A stretch of 20,000 nt of DNA from an uncultured virus (IMG/VR IMGVR_UViG_3300008885_000050) (IMGVR_UViG_3300008885_000050), one strand, 5' to 3'; counted from the first letter of the stretch, positions 8,281 to 16,667 are shown. A program made the numbers and translations. The notes: generated by a model from the sequence alone, not told the origin.

Positions 8281-9864
8281 ATGACAATTGTCGCCCAGGA
8301 CGCCACCGGCGCCAAGGTCAACATGAGCTCGACCGTGGATGCCTTGGGCAATGCGGTCGGCGCGACCTGCGTCACCGATCCAATCAGCGGTGCCAAGCAG
8401 ACCGTTTCCCAACTGCACAATGCTGACCAGCAGTTGGTCCCCGGCACTGCGAACTCCAGCTTTTCGTCGGGCGTCCCGCAGCTTCAGGACCCGACATCCG
8501 GGCTGGTCAACCGCCAGCGCGAAATGAACCTCGACAATGCCAGCCCGCTCGGCATCGCGGCCGGCGGCACCTATCAGGTGATGGCGTTTAAGACGACTTG
8601 CGCGCAAAACCTCGCCGCTGGCGTCTCCCAGATGACGCTCACCAACGTCGCCGGCACGATGGGCGGGGTGCCGTGGGGTATCCAGCAAGGCACGAAACTG
8701 ACGATCGATGTCGGTGCCGCGCAGGAAGTCATCACGGTCGCCTCGGTCAATACGAGCACCAAGGTCGTGACCTTCGCCACTCCCACGATCAATGCACATA
8801 ACGGCTCGGTGACGCCGTTCATCCTGATCGGCATGACGTTCAACCAGGTCCGCGACGCCGCTGGCGAAAATGACGGCGCATCCGGTGCCGGTACCGCCGT
8901 GGCGGCGGAATACGAGTTCAATGGCGGCGATCCGTCGGGCGGTAACTACGACCGTGCACGCTCGATCAATGCCAAGGGATTTGCAGCGCAGACGATTTCG
9001 TCCGGCGGCGGTGTCGGCTCGACCTCGCTGACGCTTGCTGCCAACACAAATCTGCAGCCCGGCATGAAGGTGTTGCTTTATAAGTCAACGACCTTCCCGG
9101 CATCAGGGTCTTTTGAAGTCGTCAATGTCGATCCCAGCTACGTGCCTGGATCAAACACCGTCCCGCTTGCCTCGGCCATCATCAACAGCCCGATCTATGA
9201 CCGGTGCGCCTACGACCAGTTCTCGGCCGCAGGTCCCGGTCTGGCGAGCTTCCTGCCCTTCGGCATCGGCGTCGAGACGCTGGCGCTGTATGATTCCGTC
9301 GCGGGGCTGATGTACGGCCTGCGCAACGCGCCGGGGCATCAGGGAGCCGTCCTGGTCTCATCGGACGGCGCCAAGGCAACCTATCGCTACGCCGGCACGC
9401 TGACGCCCACCGCGACCCCGACCGACATCATCACCATCGCGGGCTCGGCCACGAAAACCGGCCGCATCAAGAGCATCGTGCTTGGCGGTATCGCCACGAC
9501 AGCCGGCAACATGCCGGTGACGCTGATCCGGCGATCGGCGGCGAATACGGGTGGAACGAAGGCCTCTGCGACCGGCGCGGCGCATGACGTCAATGACCCG
9601 GCGGCAACCGTCATTCCGCTGGTCTTCACCGCCAACGCTTCGGGGCTTGGGGCCGCAGTTGCCAATATGGGGCAGGGCCGTGTCTGGCTCCCGCTCAGCA
9701 CCGGTACGCCAGCCCCGCTTCGCTGGGATTTCTCGACCCGGCAGGACAAGGCGCTGATCGTTCGCGGCGCGACCGACATCATCGCCATCAACCTCAATGG
9801 CGCGGCCGTCCCCTCGGGTGGTGTCATCGATTGGGAAATCGAGATCGAGGAAGACGCAAGCTAA
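8281..9864 (+). CDS. Putative virion fibre/structural protein with internal repeats, 527 aa
   Basis: SD AAGGA; Thr/Gly/Ala-rich beta composition; two similar barrel-like repeats and a distinct C-terminal domain; located between baseplate and tail fibre. Confidence 0.6.
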   Translation: MTIVAQDATGAKVNMSSTVDALGNAVGATCVTDPISGAKQTVSQLHNADQQLVPGTANSSFSSGVPQLQDPTSGLVNRQREMNLDNASPLGIAAGGTYQVMAFKTTCAQNLAAGVSQMTLTNVAGTMGGVPWGIQQGTKLTIDVGAAQEVITVASVNTSTKVVTFATPTINAHNGSVTPFILIGMTFNQVRDAAGENDGASGAGTAVAAEYEFNGGDPSGGNYDRARSINAKGFAAQTISSGGGVGSTSLTLAANTNLQPGMKVLLYKSTTFPASGSFEVVNVDPSYVPGSNTVPLASAIINSPIYDRCAYDQFSAAGPGLASFLPFGIGVETLALYDSVAGLMYGLRNAPGHQGAVLVSSDGAKATYRYAGTLTPTATPTDIITIAGSATKTGRIKSIVLGGIATTAGNMPVTLIRRSAANTGGTKASATGAAHDVNDPAATVIPLVFTANASGLGAAVANMGQGRVWLPLSTGTPAPLRWDFSTRQDKALIVRGATDIIAINLNGAAVPSGGVIDWEIEIEEDAS

Positions 9865-9906
9865 TCCCTCCGCCTTTCGGACAGCCTCTATCAGGAGTTT
9901 CCGCCC

Positions 9907-12033
9907 TTGGACCGCCTCACAAATTACTTCGGCCAGATTCCGCTCGAAACCGACCTTCTCCACACCAACCAGAACGCCATGGTGGGGCTGGCGAAGCTGT
10001 GCGCGGGCGTTCTTGGCACCTCGACCGTCGTCAACGGCTTCACTTGCACGCCGACGACGCCGGCATCCTTGAACATCCTTGTGACACCCGGCGAAATCTA
10101 TTCGCTGGCCAACCTCGAAGCGACGGCATGGTCATCGCTGCCGGCAGACACCGCGCACTCGATCGTCAAGCAGGGAATTCTGCTCGACGCGGCAACGTTG
10201 GGGATCTCGCCGCCGACCACGGTCGGTTACAGTCAGGTCTTCCTGGTCGAGGTCGAGTATCAGGACGTAGACAGCGGCTCGACTGTGCTGCCCTACTACA
10301 ACGCTGCGAACCCGTCGTCGCCGTTCTCTGGCCCCGGCAATTCCGGATCGATACAGAACACGGTTCGGAAGGGTGGCGTGGCCGTCCAGATCAAGGCTGG
10401 CGTGGCCGCCGCGACTGGAACGCAGGTCGCGCCCACCGCCGACGCGGGATGGACCGGGCTATTCCTGGTCACCGTCGCCAACGGCCAGACCACGATCACC
10501 AGCGGCAACATCACGCAATTGCCGGCGGCGCCATACATCGGCGTCACCCTGCCAGGCGTGCCGTTTGGTGTACAATCCGGCAAGTGGGTCTGGGCTGGCA
10601 CCTTCGGCGGTACCGCCAATGCACTCACCGCGACACTTAGCCCAGTCCTGACGTCGCTGCCGGCTGGCACGACCATCTGGGGCATCGCCGCCTTCACCAA
10701 CACGACGGCGGTGACGCTTGCTGTCAATGGTCAGTCGGCGGTTTCTGCTGTGCGCCGTGACAACTCCGCGATGGCTCCCGGCGACATCATCGCCAACGAG
10801 CTCATCGGATTCATGTCGGACGGCACGCACCTGCGTCTTCAGGGCATCGGCTACACCGAGTTCCGTCGAAATATCACCGCCGCATTGACGGTCTATGTCC
10901 GTTCCGATGGCAACGACAGCAACAACGGCCTCACCAACACGGCGGCCGGTGCATTCCTGACGCTGCAGGGCGCTTACAACTACGTCGCGAAATACTACGC
11001 CTCGAGCGGTTTTCAGATCACGATCCAGATCGGCCTGCCGGGCACCTATGTCGGACTGTATGCGCCAAACCTCGGCCTCAACGGCAACATCGTCGTCCAA
11101 GGCGACATCAACAACCAATCTCTTTATGTGATCACGCCTTTCACAGGCGGCGACGGTCGCCAGTGGTGCTTCTATTCTGGCATCCTGACGCTCAGCATTT
11201 CCGGCATGACCTGTGACATGTCGTCGGCCAGCAACGTCAACGCCGGTGGCCACGTGGCAGCTGGAACCAATGGCGCCTTGGCCTATGGCAACGTCGTCCT
11301 CAAATACACCGGCAATTCCGCCACTCTGACCGCGATCCGCAGCGAGACAGGCGGCACAACGTACAGAACCGGTCCCGTGACCGTAAATGGTGGCGGCACG
11401 CTCGGCTCCATCATTGCCACTTATCTCAACAGCGTCGACGGCGGTAATGCCGGCGGGGCCGCGACCTTCACGATCGGCCCGATCAACTTCACCCAGTTCT
11501 ATAACATTCAGGGTGGCGCGGCGACGCTGGCGTCTACCACGTTCGCTAGCGGTGGCGCTGTGACGGGTGCGCAGTTCAACGTCGTCGACAACGGCGTGAT
11601 CGATACCGCTGGCAACGCTGTGTCCGTCATCCCTGGAAACACCACTGGCAGCGCGACTGGCGGCGGTCAGGTTGTTGGCTATCTCGGCAACGCATGGACC
11701 ACATACACACCGACAGTGGTTTCGGGCACCGGCACTATCACGACCGCAAGCGCGACGGGCCGTTACCAGCGCAATGGTCGCACGGTAAACGTCCAGATGG
11801 TGGTGACCATCACGACGAACGGTACCGGCGCAAGTTGGTTGAACGTGGGGCTGCCATTCAATGCCGCCGTTTCATCGTTCATCGGCGGCATTGAAACTGC
11901 TCTGACCGGAAAGTCAGTGCAAGCCTCTAGCGGCGCCGGAAATACGGTGAGCGCACGCTTCTATGACGGCACTTATCCCGGCGCCAGCGGAGCCGTCATA
12001 CTGCTTGAAGGCGCCTACGAGACCAGCCAGTAA
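9907..12033 (+). CDS. Main tail fibre / tailspike with predicted beta-helix and C-terminal knob, 708 aa (TTG start)
   Basis: SD AGGAG; baseplate-anchor N-terminus MDR...GQIPLETDLL; FGGTANALT module; VYVRSDGNDSNNG...FLTLQGA beta-helix cap; C-terminal WTTYTP...GRYQRNG...LPF domain. Confidence 0.85.
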   Translation: MDRLTNYFGQIPLETDLLHTNQNAMVGLAKLCAGVLGTSTVVNGFTCTPTTPASLNILVTPGEIYSLANLEATAWSSLPADTAHSIVKQGILLDAATLGISPPTTVGYSQVFLVEVEYQDVDSGSTVLPYYNAANPSSPFSGPGNSGSIQNTVRKGGVAVQIKAGVAAATGTQVAPTADAGWTGLFLVTVANGQTTITSGNITQLPAAPYIGVTLPGVPFGVQSGKWVWAGTFGGTANALTATLSPVLTSLPAGTTIWGIAAFTNTTAVTLAVNGQSAVSAVRRDNSAMAPGDIIANELIGFMSDGTHLRLQGIGYTEFRRNITAALTVYVRSDGNDSNNGLTNTAAGAFLTLQGAYNYVAKYYASSGFQITIQIGLPGTYVGLYAPNLGLNGNIVVQGDINNQSLYVITPFTGGDGRQWCFYSGILTLSISGMTCDMSSASNVNAGGHVAAGTNGALAYGNVVLKYTGNSATLTAIRSETGGTTYRTGPVTVNGGGTLGSIIATYLNSVDGGNAGGAATFTIGPINFTQFYNIQGGAATLASTTFASGGAVTGAQFNVVDNGVIDTAGNAVSVIPGNTTGSATGGGQVVGYLGNAWTTYTPTVVSGTGTITTASATGRYQRNGRTVNVQMVVTITTNGTGASWLNVGLPFNAAVSSFIGGIETALTGKSVQASSGAGNTVSARFYDGTYPGASGAVILLEGAYETSQ

Positions 12034-12041
12034 GGTGATCC

Positions 12042-12578
12042 ATGACCTATACCTATTCATCGTGCTTTATGGCCGACGGGACGCTTGCGGATGCGTTCTA
12101 TTTCCAGCGCAGCGATGGCGTCCTGGTGCCCCCAACCGATGCGGACGTTGTCGAGTGGCTGGCGGCGGGTAATACGCCAGCGCATCCCTCGATCGCGCCC
12201 AGACTGATCTCCACCGCCAACGATATCCAGCAAGGGGTCGCCGGCGGCGGCATCACCGTCAATGTCGGCACGAGTTCGGCACCGGTCAATGTGAAGGCGG
12301 CCACCGATTCGGCGTCTCTCACGCTGCTCCTCGGGGCCCATTCTATGGCTCTGGCCAATTCCAGCGCGACGTTCACATGGGTGCAGTCGGATGGCACCAC
12401 GCAGAACCTGACGGCTGCGCAGATCACTGCGATCTTCATCGCCGTGAATCAGTTCATCCAGAGCACCTTCACCTCATTGTCGAAGGTGATTTCCGCAATC
12501 AACGCAGGGACGATCACGACGCCGGCCGGGGTTCTGTCGCCGCCACCGGCCGTGACGACGTGGCCGGTAAATTCCTAA
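12042..12578 (+). CDS. Tail fibre assembly chaperone, DUF4376-like, 178 aa
   Basis: EWLAAGNTP motif and FTW...DG....LTAAQI..I..AV..FIQ..F pattern; directly after the fibre. Confidence 0.75.
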   Translation: MTYTYSSCFMADGTLADAFYFQRSDGVLVPPTDADVVEWLAAGNTPAHPSIAPRLISTANDIQQGVAGGGITVNVGTSSAPVNVKAATDSASLTLLLGAHSMALANSSATFTWVQSDGTTQNLTAAQITAIFIAVNQFIQSTFTSLSKVISAINAGTITTPAGVLSPPPAVTTWPVNS

Positions 12579-12622
12579 AATCTGGCCAGCCAATTGGGGC
12601 ATCTTTTCCGCGAAGGATCACC

Positions 12623-14224
12623 ATGACCGACGTTGTAAGCACGACCCTCGCTAATCTGCCAGCTATTGATGGCAGCACCACCACGATGGCTTACGTGACC
12701 GATTTTGGTCAGGAGGGCTGGTTTAAATGGAGTGCAGCCAACCTTTCCGCGCGGACAGTTGTTCAGAGCGTGACCTCGACTGCGATTTCAGGCAACACGA
12801 TAACAGTCCCCAATCATCTTCTATCGGTTGGGGCCGGTCTGGTTTCAGCTACAGCCGTCAACGGGGTGTCGGCGAACACCGCATATTTTGCCATCATCGT
12901 TGACGGGAACAATATTCAACTTGCCGCCACCCCTGCGGCGGCTGTCGCCGGGACGCCTGCCGTCGCATTGACAGGCGCTACCAATTTCACGATGAGCCAG
13001 CTTCGTGACCCGCTCCAGAAGATATATATCCCGGCATCGGGTGGGTTGATTGATGGGACAGGGGGCGCCTGGATCAAGCAGTTCGGGGGCGCCAACTTTG
13101 GCATCAGCGGCGTAAACTACACCCGCATTACTGACCGTGCCATCTTTGGGCGAGGCGGGACAGGTTGGTATGGCGATACTGCGGGAATGTCCACTTCCGG
13201 AGCCGGAACCTGGCTAGGCGACGAAATAGCCCCAGGGTCAGCCTTTGCGATGTCATATCTGCTCGTTGGCGCTCAGGTCTCCTCCATTCCAGACTATACA
13301 CCAGGCCAGCCGACTGTCGGCCTATTCGGGGCCAGCAGGACCCCCGCAGGGGCGACGAATGCCAACGCCATGGGCGCTGCTTTCTTCGCCTCCGGGCACG
13401 GCACAAGTCTCGGAAGTGTCGTTTGGGGAGCCTATGGCGAGGCTGTCAAGCGGCCCGGCTCCAACACAACCACCCAGATTATCGAACTGGAAATCACCAA
13501 CCTCAACTCAACGCCGATCGCCGCAGGATGGAGCCCGGAAGCAACTTACGTACAAGGCCGCACGCTCGGCATCTTGCTGGGTTGCGGGGGCGGAAACGCA
13601 GTAGCCTACCCTGCTGACATGGGGCTTTCATTCACCAACAATGGCGCGGCATTCCGTACCGGCCTGACCTTCCTGCGCAACAGCCTTGTGAAGGATCCGA
13701 CCACCAATCTCCAGCATGCCATCATGATGGCCGACAAGATGCGCCTGGAATGGTACACCAGCGACGCCGCGAACACCGTCGGCTTTGCCATTCATGGCGA
13801 TGTCGATGTGGCCGCTAACGCCATTACGATGGCGGTCAGCAATCTCGGGGTGCTATTCAACAATTCAAACGGCGGCATCGTCGGTCGCTTCGCTAGCGCG
13901 ACACTCAGTCCATCGGCCAATTATACCCTTATTTCCTCACAGGCGCCGGGCACCAATCCATTGTTGCAGTCCACTGGCGGCGACGCCAACAGCAGTCAAG
14001 CCATACGCGGAAGCGGCACGGGTGGCGTTGTCCTGCAGAGCGGGGACGCAGCCAACAAAATGCAGGTCAACACGACCGGGATTGGTTTCTTCAACGCAAC
14101 GCCGGTCGCAAAACAGAGGGTTGGAGGGGCGCTGAATACTGGCGGGACCGAGACCAACACGAATCTCGCCACGCGCATAAACGATCTTAGAGCGGCTTTG
14201 ATCAATTACGGGTTGGCTGCATGA
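12623..14224 (+). CDS. Second tail fibre / spike (receptor-binding candidate), 533 aa
   Basis: SD AAGGA before ATG 12623 (the ORF-track start 12377 overlaps the upstream gene); Gly/Ala/Thr/Asn-rich; C-terminal GIGFFNATPVAKQ...NDLRAALINYGL fibre-type motif. Confidence 0.75.
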   Translation: MTDVVSTTLANLPAIDGSTTTMAYVTDFGQEGWFKWSAANLSARTVVQSVTSTAISGNTITVPNHLLSVGAGLVSATAVNGVSANTAYFAIIVDGNNIQLAATPAAAVAGTPAVALTGATNFTMSQLRDPLQKIYIPASGGLIDGTGGAWIKQFGGANFGISGVNYTRITDRAIFGRGGTGWYGDTAGMSTSGAGTWLGDEIAPGSAFAMSYLLVGAQVSSIPDYTPGQPTVGLFGASRTPAGATNANAMGAAFFASGHGTSLGSVVWGAYGEAVKRPGSNTTTQIIELEITNLNSTPIAAGWSPEATYVQGRTLGILLGCGGGNAVAYPADMGLSFTNNGAAFRTGLTFLRNSLVKDPTTNLQHAIMMADKMRLEWYTSDAANTVGFAIHGDVDVAANAITMAVSNLGVLFNNSNGGIVGRFASATLSPSANYTLISSQAPGTNPLLQSTGGDANSSQAIRGSGTGGVVLQSGDAANKMQVNTTGIGFFNATPVAKQRVGGALNTGGTETNTNLATRINDLRAALINYGLAA

Positions 14225-14412
14225 TGGGGAAAACCATGGAATATGTTCTGACATTCAACGACCAGCAGATGTACATCATCAATATGGCGCTTGGGGAAAT
14301 ACCTCATAAATTCGCCGCGCCTTTGTTCCAGCACATCAACGAGCAAATCGCTGCTTCCCTGCAAGGCAACACCACCGAAAAAGTTGAAAGCGAACTAGGC
14401 ACAGACGCCTAG
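14221..14412 (+). CDS. Small hypothetical protein, possible fibre chaperone (start 14221 or 14236)
   Basis: ATGA overlap; ALGEIPHKFAAPLFQHINEQI resembles small helical proteins that follow phage fibres. Confidence 0.6.
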   Translation: MMGKTMEYVLTFNDQQMYIINMALGEIPHKFAAPLFQHINEQIAASLQGNTTEKVESELGTDA

Positions 14413-14585
14413 TGGCTCGCCTTGGAAAACTCCAAGCTTGAAGCCAGATCATCTCTTGGCATGGTCTGGGCGACAAATGCCAACCCGGCGACAAATACCA
14501 CCATGGTGAACAGAACATAGAAAACATTGCGAAGGGGTGATGATGCTTCTGCCCTTCCATCTTCTTTCTGCATCTCGCTGCTCAT
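14409..14585 (-). CDS. Small single-TM protein, 58 aa (MSSEMQKEDGRAEASSPLRNVFYVLFTMVVFVAGLAFVAQTMPRDDLASSLEFSKASH); absent from the ORF track
   Basis: Translated by hand; SD GAGG upstream; starts 15 nt after the GtrII-like stop; one clear TM helix. Confidence 0.62.
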   Translation of the reverse strand: MSSEMQKEDGRAEASSPLRNVFYVLFTMVVFVAGLAFVAQTMPRDDLASSLEFSKASH

Positions 14586-14600
14586 CTTTCTTCCTCATAC

Positions 14601-16211
14601 TCAATCAGTGCGGCTAGGTGACAAGCAGACTATCGCAAGAGCGCCGCGAATGACAACAGAGCCGACCGCCGGCCAGGGTGAGACACCCTTGCAATAAGTC
14701 TGTGCCTCCTCGATTTCCGGCTGATAGGCCGGTCTTACGGAAATACCCGATAGCTCGGTCAGCATTGGCGCAATCACCCACTGGTACCCGATCTTTGAAT
14801 CGTTGAACCCGTGCGTCGCCGTCGGTATGGGCGCGCCATCATCCGGCCTCACACCAACGATGGCGACGGCTTTCATGGCGGAGAAGTTCGGCTGCTCTTC
14901 AAGCCGATCGATCAGACGCAGCGCCAAGTTGTGATCCCTTACCTGAACGCGGCCAAAATCGTTGAAAATCTGGTTGTCCGAGGCGATGAAGGAAAACACG
15001 ACCAACCCGAGCGCCAGACCAAAAACTTGTTCTGGGATCATTCTGCGCACGGTTATGGCGATCACGGCTATGCCGGCCCACACGAGGCCGATATCAGCCA
15101 GCACTCGCGGCGGGAGCCAGAGTACGGTGAACAGCAAGGGGATGCCGAGCATAGCAAACCCGGCTGCGATTGGAGTTGCCAAAACAACCACGACTGCCAA
15201 CACTGACCCCAACCGGTCTTTTGGACGCAGCGCTAGTTCGATGACGGAAACCGCAACGAACAGCGGCAGGATCAGCAGGACTGCCCTCGGCACTAGCGCG
15301 TTGGCGTAGGCTGTTCCCGTCACAAAGTGCCCGTAGAGCAGATCGACACCGTATGTCCGCAACCTCGTCGGAATTTCAGCAAACGGTATCACCACCGAGA
15401 ATGGATGCGGTGGAAGGCCATGCGTCATTGCCTTCAGGCAGATCCAGTAGAGCGCGAAGCCGAAGACAAAGGTCAGCAATCTCGAGTGAAATGAAGAGTC
15501 GTCGAGGGAATAGGTCGGCAGGGTGTTTTCACTGTTAACAAGATGCCGGATGACTCTCAACGCCAAGTCAAAACACAGGAAAATGGAAACGTAATTGAGC
15601 GGTACCTGATAGAAGGTGAGCGCTGCGGCAAGTACCACTGCCGAAAGCAGGACACCCCGGAAGCTTGGCCTTGAAAGCAGGAGGGCTGCTCCCGCGAGTG
15701 CAAACGCCAATAGGTGATAGATCGCGATGTTCCGAAACGTCAGGATCTCGGACGTGTAGGGGTGCGCTGCAATGATCACGAGCAATGCGACCCTTAGCGC
15801 ATCCGGCAGCCCGTATGTCCAGAGCCGCAGAACAGCATTCGCCGTCCAGACCGATAGAAAGATCGAGAGCGCAATGGTGATAACGGGCGATCTCATCGGG
15901 TCATACCCAATGAATTCGAAGATCTTCGAAAGCCAAAGAGTTCCGAACCGGCCTTCCGAAATCAGCGCCCCAGACACCGAGCCGAAGCCATTGACGATCG
16001 AACGGTAATCATCCGCAGAATATGTAAGATCGAAAACGGCCTGGATTCTTGACACTGCTACCAGCGCCAGAGCGATCAGGAAGGACCGGCGTTCGTCCTG
16101 CCTGATCAACAGTCTGTAAAATAGTCCGCGTTCGACATCATTGCCGGCCTGAAACTCGGCGCGTGCCACGGCCATCCCGTCTGGCATGCTCTCGATCTTG
16201 ATATTTTCCAT
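14601..16211 (-). CDS. GtrII-like (Glucos_trans_II, GT-C fold) polytopic membrane glycosyltransferase, 536 aa
   Basis: Many TM segments; first-loop YSADDY...ISEGRFG; TFYQ motif; periplasmic C-terminal domain ending WPAVGSVVIRG..AIVCLS. Confidence 0.82.
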   Translation of the reverse strand: MENIKIESMPDGMAVARAEFQAGNDVERGLFYRLLIRQDERRSFLIALALVAVSRIQAVFDLTYSADDYRSIVNGFGSVSGALISEGRFGTLWLSKIFEFIGYDPMRSPVITIALSIFLSVWTANAVLRLWTYGLPDALRVALLVIIAAHPYTSEILTFRNIAIYHLLAFALAGAALLLSRPSFRGVLLSAVVLAAALTFYQVPLNYVSIFLCFDLALRVIRHLVNSENTLPTYSLDDSSFHSRLLTFVFGFALYWICLKAMTHGLPPHPFSVVIPFAEIPTRLRTYGVDLLYGHFVTGTAYANALVPRAVLLILPLFVAVSVIELALRPKDRLGSVLAVVVVLATPIAAGFAMLGIPLLFTVLWLPPRVLADIGLVWAGIAVIAITVRRMIPEQVFGLALGLVVFSFIASDNQIFNDFGRVQVRDHNLALRLIDRLEEQPNFSAMKAVAIVGVRPDDGAPIPTATHGFNDSKIGYQWVIAPMLTELSGISVRPAYQPEIEEAQTYCKGVSPWPAVGSVVIRGALAIVCLSPSRTD

Positions 16212-16396
16212 CAGTAAAAGTCAGGTTTTTCAATTTCCACAATTCGACACGGAAATGGGAGATCTAGTCCGTCGACGGGGATATCAAGCCATAGCCCTTC
16301 GGGGGCGGAACCGTCCCCTGGTATGACACGCACGCGTCCAAGCAGGTTAAACGGATAAAATGGCGCTTCGATATAAAGATCGTCTGGATTGTTCAT
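16211..16396 (-). CDS. Hypothetical protein, 61 aa (MNNPDDLYIEAPF...)
   Basis: TAATG overlap with the upstream ORF and TGATG overlap with the GtrII-like ORF imply translational coupling. Confidence 0.6.
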   Translation of the reverse strand: MNNPDDLYIEAPFYPFNLLGRVRVIPGDGSAPEGLWLDIPVDGLDLPFPCRIVEIEKPDFY

Positions 16397-16614
16397 TACC
16401 ATTTCACCCCCCGAATATCATCTAAAACCATGGTGGCATCGTTCATATCCCCATGCCGTACAATCGTCCATCTGCCGCCTTCGAGCATCAACAGCCCACC
16501 GTCATACGTCCGGATTTCTCCCGCGTCCTCTGCGACGCCGGCCCGAAAGCCTTCGCTATGAGAACGCCACGGTGCGGCGAGGATCACCAAGTCCTTGCGA
16601 GTGCTTGGCTGCAT
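16396..16614 (-). CDS. Hypothetical protein, 72 aa (MQPSTRKDLVILAAPW...)
   Basis: SD GGAGGAG upstream of ATG 16614; stop overlaps the next start. Confidence 0.6.
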   Translation of the reverse strand: MQPSTRKDLVILAAPWRSHSEGFRAGVAEDAGEIRTYDGGLLMLEGGRWTIVRHGDMNDATMVLDDIRGVKW

Positions 16615-16667
16615 TTCCGGTCTCCTCCGGCTCGATCCTAACCTGAAAATCCCCAAAGGAAACCGCT

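Noticed and set aside
3477..11253. Long antisense and alternate-frame ORFs (e.g. 4210-5292, 6484-7305, 9831-10640, 10459-11253)
   Set aside because: Shadow ORFs expected in high-GC coding DNA; Arg-rich, lacking motifs and overlapping well-supported genes
12377..12622. N-terminal extension of the second RBP in the ORF track
   Set aside because: Overlaps the DUF4376-like gene; a good SD precedes ATG 12623
9907..14224. Diversity-generating retroelement or invertible tail-fibre switch
   Set aside because: No reverse transcriptase or invertase, no TR/VR-like near-duplicate and no flanking inverted repeats noticed in the window
14468..14500. GGCGACAAAT direct repeat as an operator or att site
   Set aside because: Only two copies, explained by the repeated FVA peptide in the small TM ORF
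14336..14560. 74-aa minus-strand ORF from the track
   Set aside because: The alternative frame 14409-14585 has an SD, a clean TM helix and minimal overlap
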